64,000 nucleotides of DNA, taken from positions 616-64,615 of the forward strand of contig CAMKPL010000002.1 of NCBI GenBank assembly GCA_946414655.1, written 5' to 3'. The position numbers were made by a program, and so were the translations under genes. The notes under the pieces were generated by a model that did not search any database, was not told the origin of the DNA, and saw nothing but the letters and a program-made list of their open reading frames with translations. Position 1 is the first letter of the stretch; every line of letters begins with the position of its first letter. This document shows positions 54,999 through 64,000 of the stretch, piece by piece. This DNA is from an uncultured Bacillales bacterium. Lineage in GTDB: Bacteria; Bacillota_I; Bacilli_A; RFN20; CAG-826.

Positions 54999-56170
54999 TA
55001 TACGACCACATTATGGTTCGCTTTGGCGAGTTATCAACCAAGGGTAAAAACAAGAAAGATTTTATCCGTGTTTTAGCTCGCAATATAAAGAACGCTTTAT
55101 CAGAGTTTTCTAATCTTATAATTGAAACAAGATTTGATCATATTTATGTCGTTTTAAACGGAAATGATCCTGAACCTGTTATTGAGGTTTTACAGGATGT
55201 TTCAGGAATTCACTCTTTATCTCTTGTTTATAAAACTGATCCGGAAATTGAAAATTTAAAAAAAGTTAGTTTGGAATTAATTAAGAAAGAAGAAGGCCAC
55301 ACATTTAAAATTAAATGTAAGCGTGCCGATAAATCTTATCCAATTATTTCTGATGAGATTATTAAACATGTTGCTGGTAACATTCTTTCAAACACATCAC
55401 TAAAAGTGGATGTCCATCATCCTGACATTCTTCTATCAATCGAGATTAGACAAGAAGGCGCTTATGTCTTTTGTAAAACATATCCAGCTTGTGGAGGCTA
55501 TCCACTAGGAGTTGGAGGCAAAATTATGCACATGCTATCTGGAGGAATCGATTCTCCAGTAGCAGCTTATCTTTTGATGAGACGCGGTATCAAGATTGAA
55601 TGTATTCACTTTGCTTCACCTCCATACACAAATGTTGGAGTAATTGAAAAACTAAAAGACTTATTAAGTAAGCTTAATAAATATCAACCAGAAATTCGAT
55701 TAAACATTATTCCATTTACCAAAATTCAGGAAGAAATTTATCGGGTGAGTGATGAAAGTTATGCCATCACGATTATGCGACGAATGATGTTTCGATTAGC
55801 TGATCGACTAGCTCATCGTCGCGGTTGCCCAGCCATCTCCTCTGGAGAAAGCGTTGGCCAAGTTGCCTCGCAAACACTTGAATCAATGTTTACAATTAAT
55901 GAGGTAACAAAGTTACCAGTGATTCGACCAGTAGTCGCCATGGATAAAGTCGACATCATTGAATTAGCTCGCAAGATTGATACATTCGATATTTCCATTA
56001 GGCCATTTGAGGATTGCTGCACAATCTTTGCTCCAAAAAATCCAAAAACAAAACCATCGCTATCTAAAGCGATTGAGTATGAATCAAAATTTGATTATGA
56101 AACATTAATCAATGAAGCTCTTGATCATGTTGAAGTAATCTACGTTAAGAAAGAAGACTCATTGTTATAA
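54995..56170 (+). CDS. thiI: tRNA 4-thiouridine synthase ThiI
   Basis: IMVRFGELSTKGKNK N-terminus, a THUMP domain and a MLSGGIDSPVAAY PP-loop. Confidence 0.85.
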   Translation: MIYDHIMVRFGELSTKGKNKKDFIRVLARNIKNALSEFSNLIIETRFDHIYVVLNGNDPEPVIEVLQDVSGIHSLSLVYKTDPEIENLKKVSLELIKKEEGHTFKIKCKRADKSYPIISDEIIKHVAGNILSNTSLKVDVHHPDILLSIEIRQEGAYVFCKTYPACGGYPLGVGGKIMHMLSGGIDSPVAAYLLMRRGIKIECIHFASPPYTNVGVIEKLKDLLSKLNKYQPEIRLNIIPFTKIQEEIYRVSDESYAITIMRRMMFRLADRLAHRRGCPAISSGESVGQVASQTLESMFTINEVTKLPVIRPVVAMDKVDIIELARKIDTFDISIRPFEDCCTIFAPKNPKTKPSLSKAIEYESKFDYETLINEALDHVEVIYVKKEDSLL

Positions 56171-56203
56171 AAAAAGGAAGGTTTAAACCTTCCTTTGTTT
56201 TTG
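56169..56203. terminator. Bidirectional terminator between thiI and rplT
   Basis: aaaaaaGGAAGGtttaaaCCTTCCtttgttttt. Confidence 0.6.
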
Positions 56204-56212
56204 ATTTTTTTC

Positions 56213-56566
56213 TTATTTAGCTTTTTTAGCAATAGCAACTAAATCAGCGAATGCCTTTGGATCGTTGATAGCAAGTTCAGCAAGCATCTTACGATTGACT
56301 TTGACACCAGCTTTGTTTAAGCCGTTAATAAAGCGGGAATAAGAAATATCATTTAAGCGGCAAGCAGCATTAATTCTTTTAATCCATAATTTACGGAAAT
56401 CAGATTTAAGTTGCTTACGATCGATATAAGAATATCGAAGACTTCTTAAGACTTGTTCTTTAGCAGTCTTGAAGAGGAGGTGTTTACTTCCGAAGTAACC
56501 AGAAGCTCTTTTTAAGATTTTTTTACGACGTGCATGTGTTGTCACGCTATTTTTAACTCTAGCCAT
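56213..56566 (-). CDS. rplT: 50S ribosomal protein L20
   Basis: [28 protein letters not shown]; 117 aa. Confidence 0.9.
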   Translation of the reverse strand: MARVKNSVTTHARRKKILKRASGYFGSKHLLFKTAKEQVLRSLRYSYIDRKQLKSDFRKLWIKRINAACRLNDISYSRFINGLNKAGVKVNRKMLAELAINDPKAFADLVAIAKKAK

Positions 56567-56580
56567 TCTAGTCTACCTCC

Positions 56581-56772
56581 TTATTGAATTAAGGTTTTCA
56601 CTCTTGTGTAGTCACTTTTGGAGACGAGTGAAGCCTTTCTTAAATGTCTTTTTTGTTTTGTGGTCTTGCGTGGAGCAAGGTGAGATGTGTAAGCACTATG
56701 ACGTTTGAGTTGACCAGAACCAGTCACTTTCACACGTTTTGCTAATGCTCTTTTTGTTTTCATCTTTGGCAT
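56581..56772 (-). CDS. rpmI: 50S ribosomal protein L35
   Basis: [20 protein letters not shown]; 63 aa. Confidence 0.9.
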   Translation of the reverse strand: MPKMKTKRALAKRVKVTGSGQLKRHSAYTSHLAPRKTTKQKRHLRKASLVSKSDYTRVKTLIQ

Positions 56773-56784
56773 GTGTGTTTTCCT

Positions 56785-57336
56785 CTACTTTCTTTTTGGT
56801 GCAATAACGGCGTTCATCCAACGTCCTTCCATTTCTGGTTTCTTTTCGACGACTGAGATGTCTTCTAAACAAGCAATGAAACGATTCATCGTTTCTTCTC
56901 CAATATCTAAGTGAGTCATTTGACGACCGCGGAAGCGGACACCAACTTTGACTTTGTCTCCATTTTCTAGAAACTTACGAGCTGCTTTAGCTTTGGTTTC
57001 TAAGTCATGGATTCCAATTTGTGGAGTAAGTTGAACTTCTTTGATCTCAATAATATGTTGTTTCTTTTTGTTTTCTTTGGCTTTCTTTTGTTGCTCGAAA
57101 CGGTATTTACCATAGTTCATAATTTTACAAACTGGTGGTTGAGCGTTTGGTGCAACACAGACTAAGTCAAGTTCGGCACGAACAGCGTAATCATATGCTT
57201 CTTTGGAAGACATACGACCAAGTTGTTCTCCATTCGCTCCGATTAAGAGCACTTCTGGGAAACGAACTCTTTCGTTGATGAGATCAGCATTTTGCTTGTT
57301 TGGACGTTGTGGTCCTTGTTTAATTGGATAGTTGAT
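56785..57336 (-). CDS. infC: Translation initiation factor IF-3, with a non-AUG (AUC/AUU) start
   Basis: The ORF track starts it at an internal GTG. The frame stays open upstream through ...INERVRFPEVLLIGANGEQLG, the conserved IF-3 N-terminal region. An AAAGGAG Shine-Dalgarno lies 9 nt before an in-frame ATC at 57334-57336. IF-3 genes classically start with AUU/AUC for autoregulation. Confidence 0.75.
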   Translation of the reverse strand: MNYPIKQGPQRPNKQNADLINERVRFPEVLLIGANGEQLGRMSSKEAYDYAVRAELDLVCVAPNAQPPVCKIMNYGKYRFEQQKKAKENKKKQHIIEIKEVQLTPQIGIHDLETKAKAARKFLENGDKVKVGVRFRGRQMTHLDIGEETMNRFIACLEDISVVEKKPEMEGRWMNAVIAPKRK

Positions 57337-57520
57337 AACTTTTATCTCCTTTACAAGTAATAAAAACGGGCACGAAGTGCGCCCGTTCTACTAACATAAA
57401 TCATCTTTATTGTAGCAATGTACCAATCGATTCATCGATCTGGTGAGAAGCGTTCGGGCGCTCTTCTTTCTACGTTTTGCAGTGATATTTAACTACACAT
57501 ATAATGTGTTGTCAAATCTT
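57337..57520 (-). promoter_or_regulatory. infC-rpmI-rplT leader: promoter, then an antiterminator/terminator attenuator (candidate L20-responsive)
   Basis: On the minus strand: TTGACA (-35) - ACACATtatATGTGT palindrome - TTAAAT. Next comes a GCGCCCG segment able to pair with the downstream CGGGCGC. The GC-rich hairpin AACGGGCGCACttcgGTGCCCGTT + TTTTTAT lies immediately before the infC Shine-Dalgarno. Confidence 0.5.
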
Positions 57521-57523
57521 TTT

Positions 57524-59593
57524 TTATTCGTTTGTGATACTTTCGGAAAGTCTGTATGGATTAAAATGGTCCAGACTATCCCTATATGAACTAGATGAAA
57601 TCGTTCCTGACGTATTTCTCATATAATCCGCGGTAATCTCGCGATAAGTGTAATATTGATCGTTTTTGGTGAGGTATCCCATTGAGGTAACTGAAGGGAA
57701 ATAGTTGTAATCACGATATGAGTTACAGTGGAATGCTAAATAATCAATACAGGCGATTGTATAAATCTTCGAATCATCTAGAGCTGATAATGCATTAGCA
57801 TTATTTCCTCTGTAAAAACTATTGGAACTCCAGCCTAATTCATTACGAATCTCACTTCCAAGAACCTTGATAATGTAGATAACGTTATCAAATGGTAATG
57901 AATGGAATAATGTTTCGTAAGTGACAGTTGGTCCATAAAGTGGTTCACGTGCGTTATTAACGATGGCATAAGAAACATCATAACCTTGACTGATTGAAGC
58001 ATGATACATTGCTTTAGAAACATAGTTTGGTAAAGTTTCGTATTCATCAAATCCACCACTAAGTTGCGTTGTTAAAACCTCATCTTTGATGTCATTTACT
58101 TGATCTTCGTAGTAATCAACGATGTCCACGATTTCTTGATCAAGCACTGGGACATCACTTAATAGTGATGAGCTAGATAAGTTATAAACAGCAGTGTTGC
58201 TTACTAAACCTGTTGCGAAGTCATAGGTTAAATTGATTTTTCCAATCGTTTTACCATTCTCTCCAAATTGAGCAAAGGTAACATTATTATATGTTTCTAG
58301 TTCCCATTTATGGGTGTGGCCATTAAGGACTAAATCAACATATTTTTTGTTTGATACTGGAGATTCACTGGTAACTTGAGAAGCATAGTCACTATTATAA
58401 CGATCATGAATTGATGCAATAACAACATCACAGTTTTCTTCAGTACGTAGTTTGTCGGAAATTGTTTTTGTGATTTGGGCTGAATTTTTAAATCCATACT
58501 CTTCAACAAACTGAGAGTTAATACTGGTGATGCATTCTTCTCCAATAAGACCAATTACACCAACTTTAATTCCAGATTCCAATGTAAAAGTCGTATATTC
58601 TTGTCCAATTTCAGATTGTTGTTCGTTGCCCATTGTCTTTGTTGAAAAGTCATAATCATAGACATTTGCTGCTAAAACAGGAGTGGAGTAGCCGTGATAA
58701 TTAGCATTTGTATTCGCTTCTAAACGTGCTCCTCCCCAGTCAAAATCATGGTTTCCAACAGTACGAGCAGACATTCCAGACGCATTATAAACATCCGTAA
58801 TCATTCTTCCGTAGTTGTAGTTTGATTGTAGTGTTCCTTGGAACGTATCACCTTGGTCTAAGAATAAAGTGTTTTTCTGACTAACCTTTTGTTTAATTAA
58901 TGTTCCAAGATGTTTGATACTAAATTCATTTGTGACTGCGCCATGGTAGTCATTAATGGCATATATAGCAATATTCTGAGTCCCGCTTGTCGGTTTTTCT
59001 TTTGAGTTAATAACATTAATATCGCAGAAGGCGGTTTTTCCGTTTGCTTCGCCTTTTAGGCGAACACTACCAACAGTAATGGCATTAATCGTGTTTGTTT
59101 CTTCACTAACGGTCTCTGTTTTTTCAAGACGAATAATGTTGGAATGTGGAACGCTCCAAGAAATCTTTTCAGTTGAACTAACCGGATTAAAAACGCTTAA
59201 AGAAGCAGTATAAGTTGAATTGATATCGATTGTCAGTTCCGTTTTAGAAAAACTAAACTCGACAGGTGGAGTTGGTGTGATAGAGGCTGAAGTAGTGGAA
59301 GAGGAACTAGAACTACTTGGTGTCACAGAACTCATAGAGTTCGAACTAGAACCTGTCGATTTAGAACCTGAACTTGTCGGGTTATAAGTAGAACTACTTC
59401 CAATAGGTTGACTTGCACTTGTTGGAGCGACTGAAGAAGGTCCTTCAGAGGTTGTACTTACTGGTGCATCAGAGGTTATTGAAAACGTTGGTTTTGAACC
59501 ATTACTATTTTGTTTATTGCTCTGACATGCACTTAAAACAAAAAGTGCAACTAAACTGATTAAGAATTTTCTTTTCATTCTATGAGTATACAC
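57524..59593 (-). CDS. Surface lipoprotein: Ser/Thr-rich linker, Big_2-like Ig domain and a bifunctional metallophosphatase/5'-nucleotidase
   Basis: Lipobox LSACQS, ~90 aa of S/T/P low complexity, an Ig-like segment (AITVGSVRLKGEANG), then the calcineurin-like motifs YAINDYHGA...DQGDTFQG...GNHDFDWG and a 5'-nucleotidase C-terminal domain. Confidence 0.7.
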   Translation of the reverse strand: MYTHRMKRKFLISLVALFVLSACQSNKQNSNGSKPTFSITSDAPVSTTSEGPSSVAPTSASQPIGSSSTYNPTSSGSKSTGSSSNSMSSVTPSSSSSSSTTSASITPTPPVEFSFSKTELTIDINSTYTASLSVFNPVSSTEKISWSVPHSNIIRLEKTETVSEETNTINAITVGSVRLKGEANGKTAFCDINVINSKEKPTSGTQNIAIYAINDYHGAVTNEFSIKHLGTLIKQKVSQKNTLFLDQGDTFQGTLQSNYNYGRMITDVYNASGMSARTVGNHDFDWGGARLEANTNANYHGYSTPVLAANVYDYDFSTKTMGNEQQSEIGQEYTTFTLESGIKVGVIGLIGEECITSINSQFVEEYGFKNSAQITKTISDKLRTEENCDVVIASIHDRYNSDYASQVTSESPVSNKKYVDLVLNGHTHKWELETYNNVTFAQFGENGKTIGKINLTYDFATGLVSNTAVYNLSSSSLLSDVPVLDQEIVDIVDYYEDQVNDIKDEVLTTQLSGGFDEYETLPNYVSKAMYHASISQGYDVSYAIVNNAREPLYGPTVTYETLFHSLPFDNVIYIIKVLGSEIRNELGWSSNSFYRGNNANALSALDDSKIYTIACIDYLAFHCNSYRDYNYFPSVTSMGYLTKNDQYYTYREITADYMRNTSGTISSSSYRDSLDHFNPYRLSESITNE

Positions 59594-59658
59594 AATGAGT
59601 TAGAAAATAAAAAGTCAACGTTTATAAACGCTGACTTAAAATGTAATGCAATTCTCGG

Positions 59659-61386
59659 TTATTCTTCGTAAACCGGTAGGGATTTGCTGGAGATTTCTTT
59701 TTGAATCATCTCCACAAATTCTTCAAGTTTTACAGTATGTTGAGCTTTGGTTCCGAAGTGTCGATAAGTGACAGTTCCTTCATTCTTTTCGTTATCACCG
59801 ATAACTAAAGTGTAAGGAATTTTCTTCACTTGGGTGTTACGTAAACGGTAACCAAGTTTGTCTTCGGCAGAGTCGAGTTTAACTCGTACTCCTTTTTCTT
59901 CAAGAGCCTTAACAACTTTCTTTGAATATTCCAAATGGAATTCATCGTTTACTGGAAGAACGTGCACTTGTTCTGGTGCTAACCAAAGTGGGAAAGCACC
60001 GGCAAAGTGTTCGGTAATAACACCAACGAATCTTTCAATTGAACCAAAGCAAGCGCGGTGAATCATCACTGGACGAGCCTTTTCACCTTTGTCATCAATG
60101 TAACTAACATCGAATCTTTCTGGGAGGTTCATATCGAGTTGGATTGTTCCGCATTGCCAGATACGATTCATACTATCCTTGACTTTAAAGTCAAGTTTTG
60201 GTCCATAGAAGGCACCATCTCCTGGATTAATCTTAAATTCTTTTCCAGATTTACGGCAGACTTCTTCAAGGATTCTTTCGGATTCATCCCAAATCTTGAT
60301 GTCTCCAATATAGCCTTCTTCTGGACGAGTGGATAATTCAATCTTGTAGTTAAGACCAAAGAGAGAATAAATCTCATCATAAAGTTTTAAGATTGAGATA
60401 ATTTCTTCTCCAATTTGATCTGGACGAACAAATGTATGAGCATCATCTTGGGTGAAGGATCGCACACGGAATAAACCATTGAGTGCGCCACTAGCTTCGT
60501 GACGATGGACATGACCAAGCTCCGCGTAGCGGAGAGGAAGTTCACGGTAGGAGTGTAAATCGTTCTTATAACAAAGAATTGCTCCTGGGCAGTTCATTGG
60601 TTTAATGGCGAATTCATTTTCATCAACCAAGGTGGTGTACATGTTGTCTTTATAGTGATCCCAGTGACCAGAGGTAATCCAAAGATCTTTAGAAAGCATA
60701 ATTGGAGTATCGACAAGCATGTAGCCATAACGACGGTGCTTTTCCTTCCACATATTTTCAATCTCGGTACGAATAATCATGCCGTTTGGAAGCCAGAATG
60801 GAAGTCCAGGACCATAATCAGAAAGCATGAATAAACCGAGTTGTTTACCTAAAATGCGGTGGTCACGTTTCTTACGTTCTTCAAGGATACGTAAGTGTTC
60901 TTCGAGTTCTTCCTTCTTTTCGAAAGAAGTACCATAGATTCGAACTAATTGCTTATTTTTGGAGTCACCTCTCCAGTACGCACCAGCTATGGAAAGAAGC
61001 TTAAAGTTATTAATCTGACCAGTTCTTTCAACGTGTGGACCAGCACAAAGATCAAACCATTTTCCTTGACGGTAAATAGTGATTGGACCTTCGATACCAT
61101 TAATTAATTCGATCTTATATTCGTTATCTTTAAAAAGTTCGAGAGCTTGTTCACGAGTGACTTCTTCACGAACAAATTTTTCGTTTCTTGAAGCGATACG
61201 ATGCATTTCCTTTTCAATCTTTGGAAGATCAGCTTCGGTGATTGGAGTTGGGAAATCAATATCGTAATAAAACCCTTCATCAATTGCTGGACCAAAACCA
61301 AATTTGGCTCCTGGATAAAGATTAGCGATTGCTTCCGCCATCAAGTGTGATGTGGAATGGTTAAGTGTTTTGAAATCTAACGCCAT
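59659..61386 (-). CDS. thrS: Threonyl-tRNA synthetase, short form lacking the N-terminal TGS/N1 domains
   Basis: Starts inside the editing N2 region (HSTSHLMAEAIANLYPGAKFGFGPAIDEGFYYD); class II core and anticodon-binding domain are present; 575 aa against ~640 for the canonical bacterial enzyme. Confidence 0.9.
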   Translation of the reverse strand: MALDFKTLNHSTSHLMAEAIANLYPGAKFGFGPAIDEGFYYDIDFPTPITEADLPKIEKEMHRIASRNEKFVREEVTREQALELFKDNEYKIELINGIEGPITIYRQGKWFDLCAGPHVERTGQINNFKLLSIAGAYWRGDSKNKQLVRIYGTSFEKKEELEEHLRILEERKKRDHRILGKQLGLFMLSDYGPGLPFWLPNGMIIRTEIENMWKEKHRRYGYMLVDTPIMLSKDLWITSGHWDHYKDNMYTTLVDENEFAIKPMNCPGAILCYKNDLHSYRELPLRYAELGHVHRHEASGALNGLFRVRSFTQDDAHTFVRPDQIGEEIISILKLYDEIYSLFGLNYKIELSTRPEEGYIGDIKIWDESERILEEVCRKSGKEFKINPGDGAFYGPKLDFKVKDSMNRIWQCGTIQLDMNLPERFDVSYIDDKGEKARPVMIHRACFGSIERFVGVITEHFAGAFPLWLAPEQVHVLPVNDEFHLEYSKKVVKALEEKGVRVKLDSAEDKLGYRLRNTQVKKIPYTLVIGDNEKNEGTVTYRHFGTKAQHTVKLEEFVEMIQKEISSKSLPVYEE

Positions 61387-61640
61387 CTTTGTTACCTCCT
61401 AAAATAAATAAAAAAGCGTTCTACGTAAGGACGCTTTCACGTGGTACCACCTTAATTTATAACATCAATGTTATACACTCATTATTCTCGTAACGGGAGA
61501 TCCGTCTAGATTGGTTTCTAGAAGCTCCGAAGTGGTACTAATAAGTTTCTTTCAGGAACCTTGCACCATCGTTCCCTCGCTAAGAAAGTCATCTTATTAG
61601 CGTGTCTTCATCAACGCATTAATAATGATAGACTTATTTG
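61387..61640 (-). promoter_or_regulatory. T-box riboswitch leader of thrS
   Basis: On the minus strand the leader contains AAUUAAGGUGGUACCACG (consensus AAnnnGGGUGGnACCGCG) directly before a hairpin (AAAGCGUCC...ACGCUUUUUUAUU) + U-tract terminator, followed by the GGAGG Shine-Dalgarno and ATG. Stem I-like AGUA and specifier regions lie upstream. Confidence 0.6.
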
Positions 61641-61660
61641 AATAAATATACAAATAAATC

Positions 61661-62821
61661 TTAGTTAAGCTTAAATTCAAGCACGGTTGGATCGTGGTCA
61701 GCATAAGCGAAACCATCTAATCCCTTTTTACCTTGTTTTGTTTGGATGTTTTGATGCGAAACCACGGTTACATTATCTGAGACGATAAATCCATCAACCA
61801 CACATGTATAAGTTTTACCTGGAATCCATTCGATGTCGTTATTACGACATGTTGGAACATTATCGGAAGCGACTACGGAATAGCCTTCTGTTAATGGTGA
61901 TTTGTGTTCGTCATCAAAATAATAGTTCACCCAATCAGGATTTTTCTTCTTTTCGCCGAATGGTTTGTTTTCTTTGGTGTATTGTGGGAATTCTGGGTTA
62001 TTTGTTAATAAGTCATGGTTCCAGTCTCCACCAATAACAACGTAATCACCAGAATCATGCTTTTCTTTTAGGAAAGCATTGAGTTCTTCGATTTGTTTTG
62101 TACGAACTTTGCCGCCTTCATCATAGGCAGACATGTGTGAGTTAACAATAAATAAGGATTTGCCATTGTCTACAGTAATCTCTTGGACAGCAAAGCAGCG
62201 GTCTAAGTCAAAGAATTTACTCAATCCAGTTGGGACAGTGTATTCTTTGCGGTCTGCATTCTGGATTTTAATATTTGAAAGAGTTGTTAAACCGCCATTA
62301 ACGCTTCCGTGCATATCATAAAGAGGATATGGAAGGAATGCGGTGTGAAAATTCACACAATGAACATGATCAAAATTACTAAAAACTTCTTGAATCTTGG
62401 CATCTTGATTAATTTTGTAACTTCTGGTTGATTTAGTATCAACTTCTTGGAACATTACAAAATCTGGAGCGTTATCAGCAACAGTTTTAATGGCACCACT
62501 AGTGTTAAATTCAACTTCTTCTTTTGAACGAGCGGTGGAATAATGTCCGCAAGTTTCCTTTCCGTTTTCGTCATAACCGGTATCCATAAAGAATGTATAA
62601 TCTTGCGAATAAGCGCCGAATCCGATGTTGTAGGAAAGGGCTTTATAAGTTTCACCGACTACAGCTTTTTCCTTTGTGGCATGATGATCAATATCAAGTT
62701 TTACATTTCCGATGCGATTGTATGATAAAACAACATACAAAACGTATCCTCCTGCTCCAACAACAACTGCGCCAACAACACAGCCAGTAATGATGAGTAC
62801 TCTTTTTAAAATCTTGTTCAT
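61661..62821 (-). CDS. Membrane-anchored endonuclease/exonuclease/phosphatase (EEP)-family protein
   Basis: N-terminal TM anchor (VLIITGCVVGAVVVGAGGYVLYVV), then EEP motifs LSYNIGFGAY, VMFQEVD, NSHMSAY and GDWNHD. Confidence 0.65.
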   Translation of the reverse strand: MNKILKRVLIITGCVVGAVVVGAGGYVLYVVLSYNRIGNVKLDIDHHATKEKAVVGETYKALSYNIGFGAYSQDYTFFMDTGYDENGKETCGHYSTARSKEEVEFNTSGAIKTVADNAPDFVMFQEVDTKSTRSYKINQDAKIQEVFSNFDHVHCVNFHTAFLPYPLYDMHGSVNGGLTTLSNIKIQNADRKEYTVPTGLSKFFDLDRCFAVQEITVDNGKSLFIVNSHMSAYDEGGKVRTKQIEELNAFLKEKHDSGDYVVIGGDWNHDLLTNNPEFPQYTKENKPFGEKKKNPDWVNYYFDDEHKSPLTEGYSVVASDNVPTCRNNDIEWIPGKTYTCVVDGFIVSDNVTVVSHQNIQTKQGKKGLDGFAYADHDPTVLEFKLN

Positions 62822-63666
62822 TCTTTAGTCTCCTTTTGACTAGAAATTAAAGCGTATAATCCTGCTCCGATTAGACCAGAATTTTTGCCATAGTAAGTTT
62901 CTTTAATCTTAACATCTTTATGTGCCTTTTTTATTTGAGAGAAAAACACATCTTTATCATTCATAAATCCACCTGTAAACACGACAAGTTCAGGATGGTA
63001 TGAGTCAATCATTAAGCGAATAAATTTATTCAGGATTTGCAGCCATTTAACCGTAAATTGCTGGTATTTTTCGTTTTTTTGACGTGTCAATTCAAACATT
63101 TTTTGAGGTGTTAAATCTGGCTCACAAAAATACCTTGCGAATACCGGAAATCTTGATCCTGCAACGATAGAAAATTCTTCGTAAAGATCATCAAATTTTG
63201 CAATTGTATGACCGACTTCTGTAACGTAATCTTGAATGACTTTATCAACACAGAGCGCACCACCTAAACCAGTTGAAATTGTAATGAAGAAAACTCGCGA
63301 AAATTTCTTGGCTTTTGGAGCATAAGCTTCGGCCAAGCAAGCAACCTCGGCATCGTTTCTGAGATATGTTTCTAAGCCAGTTTCTTTCTTTAAAATTTTA
63401 GCAAATTCGATGCCTTGAACATGAACATTTGGTAGTTCTAAAACAACACCTTTTTCTCGATCAACAACACCAGGAACACCAGCACCGATACAACAAACAT
63501 CTTTGAGGTTAAGTTCTCTAATTCCATCAATAATGTTTTGCATGAATTTGTCTTTGTCGTAACAAATGGTTGGTTTAATCACACATTGTTCAATCTGAAA
63601 AGACTCGTTGACAACAGCAAGGCGAGTATTGGTTCCGCCAATATCGATGGCTAGAGCTTTTCTCAT
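62818..63666 (-). CDS. ROK-family sugar kinase (glucokinase/N-acetylglucosamine kinase-like)
   Basis: LAIDIGGTNTRLAVV N-terminal ATP-binding motif and the ROK glycine-rich segments; start taken at MRK (63666). Confidence 0.7.
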   Translation of the reverse strand: MRKALAIDIGGTNTRLAVVNESFQIEQCVIKPTICYDKDKFMQNIIDGIRELNLKDVCCIGAGVPGVVDREKGVVLELPNVHVQGIEFAKILKKETGLETYLRNDAEVACLAEAYAPKAKKFSRVFFITISTGLGGALCVDKVIQDYVTEVGHTIAKFDDLYEEFSIVAGSRFPVFARYFCEPDLTPQKMFELTRQKNEKYQQFTVKWLQILNKFIRLMIDSYHPELVVFTGGFMNDKDVFFSQIKKAHKDVKIKETYYGKNSGLIGAGLYALISSQKETKE

Positions 63667-63873
63667 GTAAACAATTATATTCAAAGAATACAATTTTTAA
63701 AAGATGTGGATAAGTTGTGAAAAGATAGGTGGAGAATTATTTAATTCTTCGATGAAATCAAATCTTTTCTCATTTTAGGTGTGGATAAGTTATACACAAA
63801 GTGTAAAAAACATCGATTTTATCGAATTTTTGATTTGGAACTAATATTCATTAGTGTTATTCTTATCGCACTA

Positions 63874-64000
63874 TGGAATACGTCTTACAGTCCGATGTCT
63901 ACCAAATTAAATTAGCTTCCCTTGTTTCAAATGTTGATAAAGATGTGATGGTTGAACTATACCAACCACTTGTTGGAGCAAACGCGACAATTCTTTATTT
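63874..64000 (+). CDS. 5' part of an ORF of unknown function; the gene continues beyond the window end
   Basis: ATG at 63874 opens a frame MEYVLQSDVYQIKLASLVSNVDKDVMVELYQPLVGANATILY that runs off the end; no family can be assigned from 42 residues. Confidence 0.25.

Noticed and set aside
59250-59520. Repetitive agt/act/acc-rich DNA that might look like a short-period repeat array
   Set aside because: It is in frame inside the nucleotidase lipoprotein gene and encodes a Ser/Thr-rich linker. It is not a CRISPR or other non-coding repeat.

Overview
The window is a 64-kb stretch of a low-GC (AT-rich) Firmicutes chromosome and is essentially all core housekeeping. Gene order repeatedly matches Bacillus-type synteny: ylbF-rsmD-coaD, gmk-...-rsmB-rlmN-prpC-prkC-rsgA-rpe, rpsD/tyrS/ezrA/iscS-thiI and infC-rpmI-rplT. 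It holds the complete F1Fo ATP synthase operon (atpIBEFHAGDC), glgC-glgD-glgA, four aminoacyl-tRNA synthetases (proS, leuS, tyrS, thrS), glpK, pfk, four tRNA genes (Ser-CGA, Ser-GCU, Trp, Asp) and three ribosomal-protein loci. Regulatory elements readable from sequence are a T-box leader on thrS, an attenuator-type leader with a non-AUG start on infC, a long rpsD leader with a near-consensus promoter, and several rho-independent terminators. I found no integrase, transposase, CRISPR array, phage gene or recognisable defence or toxin module, so I cannot point to a discrete novel system. The items most worth a second look are uncharacterised or degenerate proteins embedded in conserved operons: a degenerate EAL-like membrane protein upstream of proS, a 372-aa orphan co-transcribed with glpK, a 163-aa His/Cys-tailed protein where rpoZ normally sits, a motif-less RsmB-like protein, and a PASTA-less PrkC. 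A 31-nt terminator hairpin also occurs identically, inverted, at two loci. All functional calls are from reading the translated ORFs and motifs by eye; no database searches were run.
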